Shown here piece by piece: positions 18,652 to 29,223 of a stretch of 64,000 nt of DNA (position 1 is its first letter; each line of letters begins with the position of its first letter). A program made the translations under genes and the position numbers. Origin of the DNA: a bacterium (GTDB taxonomy: Bacteria > Patescibacteriota > Minisyncoccia > Phycocordibacterales > Phycocordibacteraceae). Below the pieces are notes generated by a model that was not told the origin of the DNA, did no database searches, and saw only the letters and a list, made by a program, of their open reading frames with translations. The stretch covers positions 1,266-65,265 of the forward strand of contig JAHFML010000002.1 in NCBI GenBank assembly GCA_023269085.1, written 5' to 3'.

Positions 18652-19059
18652 TGGTGGAGGTGCGGGGAATTGGACCCCGGTCCGAATCTGGCACTGAAAG
18701 CGCATCTACGACGCATAGTCCTGATTAAGGTTTGATAGTGGGTGCGAAGAATCAGAACGAAATCACGCCACTACGATCCCTTATTTAGCTATTCTTGGCG
18801 GGAGACAAGAAAGCGATTCTTCAGAAGATTCCACCCACCCGTCCGACTGAAGAAACTCGGACGGGTGAATGTCGCCTGGCGAAGTGCGGTTAGGCAGTCG
18901 CGAAGGCGAACGCGAAATCAGACATACCGTAGTACGGAGACTTCACGCTTGCAAGAGTGTTCTTGGCAAGTTTGGTTGCTCGCTAGATTAGCGTGGTAGG
19001 CGAGCGGGCACGGCGTCGCGCGGATTTCAAGGTACAGACCGTCAAAGCCGGTCACCCCC
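18652..19059 (-). ncRNA. ssrA: tmRNA (SsrA)
   Basis: Minus-strand 5' end GGGGGTGACCGGCTTTGACGG (cf. GGGGCUGAUUCUGGAUUCGACGGG). 3' end GGACCGGGGTCCAATTCCCCGCACCTCCACCA forms a tRNA-Ala-like T-arm and acceptor with a G3:U70 pair. Adjacent to smpB. Confidence 0.75.
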
Positions 19060-19495
19060 GTTTTAAAATTCTGGCAGTCTCGCGTGCGGCATCGCGCTTC
19101 TTCAAGTCTTCGCGGCGATCTTCTTTCCCCTTACCGCGGACGATAGCGACGCGCGCCTTCACGAGCCTGCCCGCAGTATAGACCTCAAGGGGGATGATTG
19201 TCAACCCTTTCTTCGCTTCTTCGGTGGCGAGATACGCGATTTCTTTCTTCGCTAAGAGGAGTCGCCGCGCACGCTCGGGGTCGTAGCTCTTCTTAGTGTT
19301 CGCCGCCTGGTAGGGCGGTATCGTCATGCCGACGATGAACGCCTCGCCGCCGCGAATAATCACGCGCGCGCCATCGAGCGAGCCCTGCTTGACGCGCAGG
19401 GCCTTGACCTCGCTCCCCACGAGCTCGAGCCCAGCCGAGAAGGTCTCGACCGGCGCGAATCGCAGGTGCGCTTTCTTGTAGTCGACGAGTTGCAT
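19052..19495 (-). CDS. smpB: SsrA-binding protein SmpB
   Basis: KKAHLRFAPVETFSAGLELVGSEVKALR aligns to the SmpB N-terminal block; start MQLVDYKK at 19495. Confidence 0.85.
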   Translation of the reverse strand: MQLVDYKKAHLRFAPVETFSAGLELVGSEVKALRVKQGSLDGARVIIRGGEAFIVGMTIPPYQAANTKKSYDPERARRLLLAKKEIAYLATEEAKKGLTIIPLEVYTAGRLVKARVAIVRGKGKEDRREDLKKRDAARETARILKRG

Positions 19496-19517
19496 AGCTA
19501 TAGAGTATAGTACTTTC

Positions 19518-21449
<1,932 letters not shown>

Positions 21450-21643
21450 AAAAGAACCCCCGGCGAGCGGGGGTCGTAGTCGAAGCTTATTATTTCTTCG
21501 TCGGTGCGCTGGGACAGTCAACGCATGCCGCCCGCCGTGCGGGCAAAGGAACTACAAAACCATTTTTTACCATAGCACGACACTTTTATGTCGGCAAGCG
21601 ATGGGCTGTCCACAAGAGCGTAGCTGGTATAGTATGAGTATAC

Positions 21644-21716
21644 CCGCCTCTAGCTCAATGGTTAGAGCACAGAGCTTATACCTCTGCGGTTCCTGGTTCG
21701 AGTCCAGGGAGGCGGA
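21644..21716 (+). tRNA. tRNA-Ile with anticodon UAU (ileX-like body)
   Basis: Cloverleaf folded by hand: acceptor CCGCCTC/GAGGCGG, anticodon stem CAGAG/CTCTG with loop CTTATAC, T-loop GGTTCGAGTCC, A73. Body resembles minor Ile tRNAs. Confidence 0.8.
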
Positions 21717-21740
21717 CTAGCGATTCTATTATATACTACT

Positions 21741-22436
21741 ATGCATATGGAAGGAGCCCCGCACGAATCAACTCCCGGAAAGATCGAGATATCTCCTGAA
21801 TATCGGGTTGCGGCTACTCTCGAAGAACGGCAAGCCGCGCACACTTTGAGCGATCGGGTATACGAACGAGAAGAACTGAAACCGCAAAAGGAAGATCAAG
21901 ACGAGGATCATTATCCTTTTGAGAAATGGATCATGTCGCCCGCGACGCGAGTCTTCACGGCGTCGATAGAAGGTGAACTCGTTGCGACGATCGCGGTGGT
22001 GAAAGATAGCGAGATAGGGTTGCCGATGGATGAACTTTATAAAGAAGAATTGCAGACCTATCGCGATCAAGGCGATCGACTTTGTGAAGTATCGCAGTAT
22101 GCCGTTGATGCTGATCGGGTCGAGCAGGACATTCGAGAAGGGAAGATATCAGCCAGAAATCTTCCCGGGCCGCATCTTCTCGAAGTGGTCCTACAGTATG
22201 TCTTGCGCGAATCGATAGACCGTCTGTTTATTGTTTGTCGGCCCACGCATGCTAATTTTTATCGCTCAATGGGGCTCATACCAATCGGGGAAGAAAAATA
22301 TTATTCAAAAGTAAATAATGTTGCAGTCCCGCTCATGCTTGATGTACGAACGCTCACGGGGGAAGGGAAGGAAAGTCTCCCAAGAAGGATGCGAGCGCTT
22401 CTCGGCGCGAATATTCCGGATGATCTGCTAGCGTGA
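21741..22436 (+). CDS. GNAT-fold N-acyltransferase (FeeM / autoinducer-synthase-like)
   Basis: Weak family resemblance only; ORF track. Confidence 0.35.
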   Translation: MHMEGAPHESTPGKIEISPEYRVAATLEERQAAHTLSDRVYEREELKPQKEDQDEDHYPFEKWIMSPATRVFTASIEGELVATIAVVKDSEIGLPMDELYKEELQTYRDQGDRLCEVSQYAVDADRVEQDIREGKISARNLPGPHLLEVVLQYVLRESIDRLFIVCRPTHANFYRSMGLIPIGEEKYYSKVNNVAVPLMLDVRTLTGEGKESLPRRMRALLGANIPDDLLA

Positions 22437-22437
22437 A

Positions 22438-24645
22438 TTATTCCAAATGCGTCTCGGTGCCGAAGGAGAGGGCACGCCGAGCCAGCACAGGATACTTTTT
22501 TAATTCAGGGTCAGCCGCGACGAGGGCCGCGGCCTCGGCGCGCGCCGCTTCGACGAGCTTCAAATTTTTCAACGCCTCCATCGCGAGGTCAGAGATGCCC
22601 CACTGCCGACCGCCGGCGAGCTCGCCCGCGCCGCGGAGCGCGAGGTCGTATTCGGCGAGCTCGAAGCCGTCTTTGGCGGTGGTGAGTGCCTTCATGCGCT
22701 CCTTGGTCGCAGGGCCGAAGGACTCGGGGAGCGCGAAGCAATAGGCTTGATTGTTGGAGCGAATAACGCGGCCACGGAGCTGATGGAGCTGGGCGAGACC
22801 GAATCGCTCGGCGCCCTCGATGAGAATCACCGTCGCGTTCGGCACGTTGACGCCGACCTCGACCACCGAGGTCGCGACGAGGATGTTGATCGCGCCTTGT
22901 TCAAATCTCTTCATCACCGCCTCTTTTTCAGCCGGACGCATCTTGCTGTGCAGAATGTCGATGACGGCATTGGGGAATATTTCTTTTTGTAAACGCGCGG
23001 CCTCGGCCTTGACCGACTTGGCTTGGAGCGCGAGCTCTCGAGCAGGGTCGGGCTCGTCAATGCGCGGACAGATGACATACGCCTGCCGCCCTTTCGCGAG
23101 TTCACTCCGCACCCGCGTGTAGGCGAGCTCGCGCTTCTCGGGGCCGAGCACCTCGGTAATAATCGGCTTGCGGCCCGAAGGCATCTGGTCGAGGAGGGTG
23201 AGGTCGAGGTCGCCATAGAGCGTGAGCGCGAGCGTACGCGGTATCGGCGTCGCCGTCATCGAGAGGAGGTGCGGCGCGACGACGCCCTTACTCGCGAGCT
23301 TCTGTCGGTGCATCGTGCCGAAGCGATGCTGTTCGTCGATGATAGCGTAGGCGAAATATTTGAAGGCAAGCGACTTCTCGACGAGCGCATGCGTGCCGAT
23401 GACAATCGGTATTGTCCCCTCGGCGACGCGCTTGCGGAATGCGGGCTTGCTGATTTTCGCCGACTCCTCGTAGCGGACGCGAGAGGGGAAGACGCGGCAC
23501 TCGCTCCCCGTGATGAGGCCGATAGATATCGGGTGCTTTTTGAAATACGAAACAAAGGTCGAGAAATGCTGTTTGGCGAGGATCTCGGTCGGGCAGAGGT
23601 AAGCGACCTGGAGCGTCCCCGCGATGCGACCCCGAGGTACCGACGTTGCGACGAGGTAGGCGGTCGCCGCGGCGACCGCGGTCTTCCCGCTCCCCACATC
23701 GCCCTCGAGGAGTCGGAGCATCGGGTACTTTTTTTCAAAGTCAGCGACGATAGCGTCGATAGCGTGCCGTTGCGCCGCGGTCGCGGGGAAAGGGAATGAA
23801 GCTATGAAGTCAGCGAGCGACTTTTTATCGACCGAGACCGGTAGTGCCTCTTCGCGCAGGTGTTCTTGGCGGCGCTTCTGCATCACGATTTGGAGCGCGA
23901 AGATCTCTTCGAAGGCGAAGCGCTTGCGCGCCGCCTCCTTGTCCGCGAGCTTCTTCGGCGCGTGGACGAAGACGAGCGCGGTGACGAGGGAGGGGAGCTT
24001 GTAGCGTGCGAGAATGTCGGCAGGTATCGGGTCTTCGATAGTCTCATGCACGCCAGCTTCAAAGGCTTTGCGCACCGCGTGCATGAGCCAGAGCGATGAG
24101 ATGCCCATGCTCTCGGGGTACATCGGGTACAACTCAGCCTCGCGGGTGGACACTAGGTGTCCACCCGCAGACGGGTGGACACCTAGTGTCCACCCGTCTG
24201 GATTGAAAAGCGAAGTGTGTACCGCCTCGGGGTCAAGACCAGCCTTCGTGATCTCGGGGTTCGCGAGATACGCCTTCGCGCCCTCGCCGGCGATGCGCCC
24301 GCTTACCTTCACCTGCATGCCGTCGTGGAGCGACTTCGCGATATACGGCTGAGAGAACCACATCATCTTTATCTTCCCCGAATTGTCCTCGAGCCACGCC
24401 TCGGCGAGTGGGCGGCGACTCTTCCACGCCTTGCGCACCTCCGGCTTCCGCACGGTGCCATAGAGTGTCACCTCGCCACCCGCCACCGCACCCGCTATCG
24501 TGCCGGTCGGCCCCGCGTTCTCGTAGCGCGAAGGGAAGTGATAGAGCAAGTCGCGCACGGTCTTGATCCCGAGCTTCGCGAGCGCGCGCTTCTGCTCCAC
24601 CTTCATCCGCGGGAAGTGCTTCTCTAGGGGGTCTTGTGGATTCAC
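22438..24645 (-). CDS. recG: ATP-dependent DNA helicase RecG (carries an in-frame palindromic insertion)
   Basis: Wedge domain, helicase motifs GDVGSGKT, DEQHRFG, TATPIPRT. Confidence 0.9.
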   Translation of the reverse strand: MNPQDPLEKHFPRMKVEQKRALAKLGIKTVRDLLYHFPSRYENAGPTGTIAGAVAGGEVTLYGTVRKPEVRKAWKSRRPLAEAWLEDNSGKIKMMWFSQPYIAKSLHDGMQVKVSGRIAGEGAKAYLANPEITKAGLDPEAVHTSLFNPDGWTLGVHPSAGGHLVSTREAELYPMYPESMGISSLWLMHAVRKAFEAGVHETIEDPIPADILARYKLPSLVTALVFVHAPKKLADKEAARKRFAFEEIFALQIVMQKRRQEHLREEALPVSVDKKSLADFIASFPFPATAAQRHAIDAIVADFEKKYPMLRLLEGDVGSGKTAVAAATAYLVATSVPRGRIAGTLQVAYLCPTEILAKQHFSTFVSYFKKHPISIGLITGSECRVFPSRVRYEESAKISKPAFRKRVAEGTIPIVIGTHALVEKSLAFKYFAYAIIDEQHRFGTMHRQKLASKGVVAPHLLSMTATPIPRTLALTLYGDLDLTLLDQMPSGRKPIITEVLGPEKRELAYTRVRSELAKGRQAYVICPRIDEPDPARELALQAKSVKAEAARLQKEIFPNAVIDILHSKMRPAEKEAVMKRFEQGAINILVATSVVEVGVNVPNATVILIEGAERFGLAQLHQLRGRVIRSNNQAYCFALPESFGPATKERMKALTTAKDGFELAEYDLALRGAGELAGGRQWGISDLAMEALKNLKLVEAARAEAAALVAADPELKKYPVLARRALSFGTETHLE
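24144..24195. repeat. palindromic element family 1, two tandem units (GGGTGGACACtagGTGTCCACCC gcagac GGGTGGACACctaGTGTCCACCC) in frame inside recG
   Basis: Each unit is a perfect 10-3-10 palindrome; encodes GWTLGVHPSAGGHLVSTRE. Confidence 0.85.
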
Positions 24646-24667
24646 AAATGTAGTATACTGGAGTCAT

Positions 24668-25228
24668 ATGACTACAACCACCATGGTGCTCATCGTCTTA
24701 GCCGTTATCGTGCTCTGGGTTATTTTCGCGTATAACAATCTCATCACGCTCACTAATCGCGCCAAGGAGGCGTGGTCGGATATCAATGTCCAGCTCAAGC
24801 GCCGCTATGATCTCATCCCCAACTTGGTCGAGACGGTGAAGGGCTATGCCGCACACGAGGCGGCCGCGTTTGAGAATGTGACGCGCGCGCGTGCCGCCGC
24901 GATGGGCGTGTCGAATGCGACGCCCGCCGCGCAGGCCGCCGCAGAGAATCAGCTCTCGGGCACCTTGAAGACGCTCTTCGCGGTCTCGGAGGCGTATCCC
25001 GAGCTCAAAGCGAATCAGAATTTCCTTGCGCTCCAGCAGGAGCTCGGCGACACCGAGGACAAGATCCAAGCGTCGCGCCGCTTCTATAACACGACCGTGA
25101 TGGCGCTCAACACCGCCGAACAATCCTTCCCGGGTAATCTCATCGCCTCCTCCTTCCACTTCGCGCCGATGGACCTCTTCGAGCTCCCCGACGCCGCGGC
25201 CGCTGAGCCAGTGAAGGTACAGTTCTAA
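24668..25228 (+). CDS. lemA: LemA family protein
   Basis: N-terminal TM plus conserved LemA block RYDLIPNLVETVKGYAAHE; upstream of htpX as usual. Confidence 0.8.
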   Translation: MTTTTMVLIVLAVIVLWVIFAYNNLITLTNRAKEAWSDINVQLKRRYDLIPNLVETVKGYAAHEAAAFENVTRARAAAMGVSNATPAAQAAAENQLSGTLKTLFAVSEAYPELKANQNFLALQQELGDTEDKIQASRRFYNTTVMALNTAEQSFPGNLIASSFHFAPMDLFELPDAAAAEPVKVQF

Positions 25229-26142
25229 TGAACCTCTACGCCGAGCGTGCCAGTAATATCCGTCGGACATGGGCGCTCATCATCGGCTTCTTGGTCGTGG
25301 TTATCGCGCTCGGCTACGCTATTGCGACATATTATGGCGACCCGATGATTCTCTATGTCGCGGTCGCGATTGCCTTCGCGACGAACTTCTACGCCTACTG
25401 GGCGAGCGACACGCTTGTGCTCTCTCTCAACCATGCGCGGCCGGCGACGCGGCAAGAATTCTTCGACTTCTATACCGTGACCGAGAATCTCGCTATCACC
25501 GCTGGCCTCCCGTGCCCCAAGCTCTATGTCATCGACGACCCGGCGCCGAACGCCTTCGCGACCGGCCGCGACGAGACGCATGCGGTCGTCTGCGCGACCA
25601 CCGGCCTTCTCGCGATGATGACGCGCGTCGAGCTCGAGGGCGTCATCGGCCACGAGCTCTCGCACATCAAGAACCGCGACATGCTCCTCATGACGGTCGC
25701 AGTGGTGCTCGCGGGCTTCGTCGCCCTCGCGGCGCAGATGTTCCTCCGATTTTCGTTTTGGGGCGGCGGGCGGCGCGATGATCGCGAGGGCGGGAACGGC
25801 CTCGTGATGGTGCTCGCCCTCGTCGGCATCGTCCTCGCGCCTCTGGCCGCGAAGCTGATCGAGCTTGCCATATCGCGCCGTCGCGAATATCTCGCCGACG
25901 CGTCGAGCGCGCTCTTGACCCGCTACCCAGAGGGCCTCGCGTCAGCGCTCCGGAAGATCGGCGGCTATGGCGCGCCGATGCAGACGACCAATGTAGCGAC
26001 CGCGCACCTCTTCATCGGCGACCCTTTCGGCGAGAAGCGTGAGGAGGCAGGCGCGAGCATGAGTAGTCGCATCGAGCGATTCTTCTCGACGCACCCGCCG
26101 ATTGCCGACCGCGTCGCGGCACTTCTCGGTCAACCACGCTAG
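25228..26142 (+). CDS. htpX: M48 family zinc metalloprotease HtpX-like
   Basis: HELSHIKNRD (HExxH), four TM helices. Confidence 0.8.
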   Translation: MNLYAERASNIRRTWALIIGFLVVVIALGYAIATYYGDPMILYVAVAIAFATNFYAYWASDTLVLSLNHARPATRQEFFDFYTVTENLAITAGLPCPKLYVIDDPAPNAFATGRDETHAVVCATTGLLAMMTRVELEGVIGHELSHIKNRDMLLMTVAVVLAGFVALAAQMFLRFSFWGGGRRDDREGGNGLVMVLALVGIVLAPLAAKLIELAISRRREYLADASSALLTRYPEGLASALRKIGGYGAPMQTTNVATAHLFIGDPFGEKREEAGASMSSRIERFFSTHPPIADRVAALLGQPR

Positions 26143-26167
26143 CATAAATCGTGATATAATAAAAAAT

Positions 26168-26956
26168 ATGAAGGAATTCCCAAGAGTACACCCGCCTGAA
26201 CTTCAAGGAATCGAGACAGGACCTTCTGTGACACCACAAGAAGGCCTCTCCTCGCGCGTAGAGCAGTTGATGACGGCTCTACAGGAACTAGCGGATCACG
26301 ATGACATGCCGTCGCATCTTAGCGAGAAGATGAAGCAGGAGTTGGCGAGGCACCATGTTCTACCAGAAGATGCGGGAACCATGCTCACAGCTATGCGAAC
26401 AAATAAGATAGACGCGCTCCATGACCAGCTCACCGGCTTGGCGAATCGTCGTAAGCTCGAAAGCGAACTGGAGAAATATCTCACGCGCGAACACAAACGC
26501 GCAGAGAAGTTGTTTGTCATGTACATGGATTTGAACAAATTCAAACAAATCAATGATACCTATGGACATTCGATCGGGGACAATCTCTTGAAGAATACCT
26601 CAAAGCACCTCAAGGAGGCGCTTCGCCCGGATGATATTCTCTCTCGTCTTGGCGGTGATGAGTTCGTGGCGCTCATATCCCTGTCTGATTCGGCGAGCGA
26701 GGAGCAGATTCGAGATGAGCTTGCCGGGATCACCGAGCGTCTCGAGCGCGCGGTATACACGGCTCGGTGTGAATTACGCGATGAACTCGCAGGTATGACA
26801 GGCTTGTCGAATAATCCTCCGCTTGTTGTGGGCGAGCAAGAGCGATATTTGAGTGCCGGATTTACCGAGGTAAGGTCTGACGATACTGCAAGCGAGCTTC
26901 TCCATAGAGCTGACGCTGAGATGTATAAGATGAAGCACGGCGGATCTGTGGTATAA
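26168..26956 (+). CDS. GGDEF-domain diguanylate cyclase
   Basis: RLGGDEF active-site motif, LTGLANRR start of GGDEF domain. Confidence 0.75.
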   Translation: MKEFPRVHPPELQGIETGPSVTPQEGLSSRVEQLMTALQELADHDDMPSHLSEKMKQELARHHVLPEDAGTMLTAMRTNKIDALHDQLTGLANRRKLESELEKYLTREHKRAEKLFVMYMDLNKFKQINDTYGHSIGDNLLKNTSKHLKEALRPDDILSRLGGDEFVALISLSDSASEEQIRDELAGITERLERAVYTARCELRDELAGMTGLSNNPPLVVGEQERYLSAGFTEVRSDDTASELLHRADAEMYKMKHGGSVV

Positions 26957-26993
26957 CGAGAGAGCACGGACCCTCGACAGGGTCCTGAAAGCA

Positions 26994-27078
26994 GGAGGCG
27001 TCGCATAGCGGTCTAGTGCACACGCTTGGAAAGCGTGCGTGGGGCAACCCACCGAGAGTTCGAATCTCTCCGCCTCCG
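26994..27078 (+). tRNA. tRNA-Ser (anticodon GGA)
   Basis: Acceptor GGAGGCG/CGCCTCC, anticodon loop TTGGAAA, long variable arm, T-loop GTTCGAATC. Confidence 0.85.
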
Positions 27079-27104
27079 CAAAAATCGGTGATACCATAGG
27101 CCTT

Positions 27105-27359
27105 ATGACCCAACCAACAATCGCCGGAGGGGTGGTGCATGGTATGCCCGCGGATTTCCGTAAGGCAATCGGGGCGGACGCGAAGGTGAGAGCGCTCTGG
27201 GCAGACATAACCCCGCTCGCGCGCAACGAGTGGATCTGCTGGGTCACCTCTGCCAAACAAGCCGAGACGAAGGAGCGCCGCATACGAGTCGGCCTCGATA
27301 AAATGCGGAAGGGGATGCGTCGGCCGTGCTGTTGGGCGGGTTGCCCGCACCGCGGCTAG
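27105..27359 (+). CDS. YdeI/OmpD-associated family small protein (start MTQPTIAGG; track ORF start overlaps the tRNA and was trimmed)
   Basis: ORF track; family call tentative. Confidence 0.4.
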   Translation: MTQPTIAGGVVHGMPADFRKAIGADAKVRALWADITPLARNEWICWVTSAKQAETKERRIRVGLDKMRKGMRRPCCWAGCPHRG

Positions 27360-27394
27360 ACAGGCCTAGAGTAACATTCTAAAATCTAGCTCTC

Positions 27395-28282
27395 ATGGCT
27401 ATAGATTTCTCGGTGGTTACTACCTATGCGTCGGACGAATTGCCGCTCCGCACCTATCGCGCGCGCGATGGTGAGATGCTGGCGTATGCGCTCGCCGAAG
27501 TCCCTGGTGCAGACACGTGCCTCGTCTTCTGTCACGGCTCATCAGCACGGCACGAGTATCTCGCTGGTTTCGCACGACACGTCTCGACCGCGCTCGGGAT
27601 CGCCGTCTGCACACCGACCTTCCGCGGGCACGGCGACAACCCGCGGCGGCGGGGTGACATCGACTATATTGATCAGCTTGAGGATGACGCGATCGATCTC
27701 CTGCGGCAATTGAGAGACGCAGGGTATGCGAGATTCTTCGTCGGCGGACATTCTTCGGGCGGCGGATTCGCGGTTCGTCTGGCGGCGAGCCCACGGTTTG
27801 CTCGGGAAGGTTTGTCCATTGAGGGCATCGTGCTCGGTGCGCCGATGCTCGGGTATAAGGCAGTCTCATCACGGAAGGACTCAGGCGGGTGGGCCGTCCC
27901 GCAGCTCGGCGTCATGGTAGGAGCTTTGCTACTGAATGCTCTCGGTGTTCACGCGCTCGACGCGCGAGTCGCGTTGCGGTTCGTGCTCCCCGAACGGCTT
28001 CGCGCAGTATCGACGACCGAATATTCATACCGGATGTATGCGGGGATGCATCCAAGGAGCGTCTCGGGCGGAGACATACGACGCATCGCGGTGCCACTGC
28101 TTATCGTTGTCGGGAGTGATGATGAGATCTTCATTGCCGACAAGTATGCAGAGTTGTTGCGTCAGTACAAGCAGGACGGAGAGGTCGTGATTGTCCCCGG
28201 CGTGCGACATATCAGCATGATGGCGGACCAGAAGGTGCAAGAGGTCATCATTGAATGGCTGCGCAAGACGCGTTTCGAATAG
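27395..28282 (+). CDS. alpha/beta-fold hydrolase
   Basis: GHSSGGG nucleophile elbow, HG oxyanion motif. Confidence 0.65.
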   Translation: MAIDFSVVTTYASDELPLRTYRARDGEMLAYALAEVPGADTCLVFCHGSSARHEYLAGFARHVSTALGIAVCTPTFRGHGDNPRRRGDIDYIDQLEDDAIDLLRQLRDAGYARFFVGGHSSGGGFAVRLAASPRFAREGLSIEGIVLGAPMLGYKAVSSRKDSGGWAVPQLGVMVGALLLNALGVHALDARVALRFVLPERLRAVSTTEYSYRMYAGMHPRSVSGGDIRRIAVPLLIVVGSDDEIFIADKYAELLRQYKQDGEVVIVPGVRHISMMADQKVQEVIIEWLRKTRFE

Positions 28283-28307
28283 CGCTTGATTTGGTATACT
28301 AAGACCT

Positions 28308-28712
28308 ATGCTCACTGGGTTCAAACAATTCATACTGCGCGGGAATGTGGTTGATCTCGCGGTCGGCGTCGTGATCGGCGCGGCATTCGGGACAATCGTA
28401 ACGGCGCTCGTCAAAGACATCATCACCCCGCTCATCGGCGCGCTCGGGCAGGTGCCGGACTTCTCGAATCTTGTTTTCATTTTGAACGGAAGCAAGTTTA
28501 TGATCGGCGACTTCTTGAACGCGCTCATCTCCTTCGTCATCGTCGCGGTGGCGGTCTACTTCTTCGTTGTCCTGCCGGTCAACGCGCTCATCGCGCGCAC
28601 CAAGAAGGGTGAGGAGCCCACCGACCCGACGACCAAGAAGTGCCCGGAGTGCTTGAGCGAGATCCCGCTCGCCGCGACGCGGTGCGCGCACTGCACGGCG
28701 AAGGTAGTGTAG
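28308..28712 (+). CDS. mscL: large-conductance mechanosensitive channel MscL with C-terminal Cys4 zinc-ribbon extension
   Basis: [27 protein letters not shown] canonical MscL N-terminus; C-terminal CPEC...CAHC. Confidence 0.8.
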   Translation: [134 protein letters not shown]

Positions 28713-28776
28713 AGAAACACAAGAACCCCGCGCGGCGCCTCTCGGCGCCGCGCGGGGTTCTTAAGTGACAAGTTCG

Positions 28777-29127
28777 TTATTTCGTCGTTGTTGGCTGGAC
28801 GGGAGCCGAGACCGCGCCGGTTGCTTGTACCGGTACCGCGTAGCCGCCCTGGTAGCCGTAATTATAGCCGCGCATCATGCCGGGGCCATAGCCGTATCCG
28901 TTGTACCCATTCCCCTGCATCATGCCGTAGCCCTGGCCATAATATCCGCGCTCGCCACCAAAGGAGGCGCGCATCTCGCCGAACTGGAGGCCGCACCAGA
29001 AGATGAAGAGCGTGACAATAATAGCACCGAGCACGCGAGCGCCGCGGTGGTGGCACATGCCGTGCATCATCCCCTTACCATCGCACATCGCGTCATGCTG
29101 ACCGTCGTGTTGAGTATCCATAATCAT
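28777..29127 (-). CDS. Gly/Tyr-rich small membrane protein (start MIMDTQHD at 29127)
   Basis: Own start choice inside a long GC-biased ORF; low-complexity GYG repeats. Confidence 0.3.
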   Translation of the reverse strand: MIMDTQHDGQHDAMCDGKGMMHGMCHHRGARVLGAIIVTLFIFWCGLQFGEMRASFGGERGYYGQGYGMMQGNGYNGYGYGPGMMRGYNYGYQGGYAVPVQATGAVSAPVQPTTTK

Positions 29128-29223
29128 ATCGTTATTTACACCGAATAAAACGAGTAAGTCTCGCTTACTCCATACTACTCCCTCCCCGCCATTTTGTTTC
29201 GCCCCGCGTGGTAGCATAGGGGC

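Noticed and set aside
24144-24195. Possibility that the intragenic palindromes are assembly or chimera artefacts
   Set aside because: Six independent occurrences were found, all preserving the reading frame of long conserved genes. Variants keep palindromy. This is not the pattern of random artefacts, though read-level confirmation is still advised.
27039-27104. 5' portion of the track ORF 27039-27359
   Set aside because: It overlaps tRNA-Ser(GGA) completely, so the gene start was moved to the first in-frame Met after the tRNA (27105).
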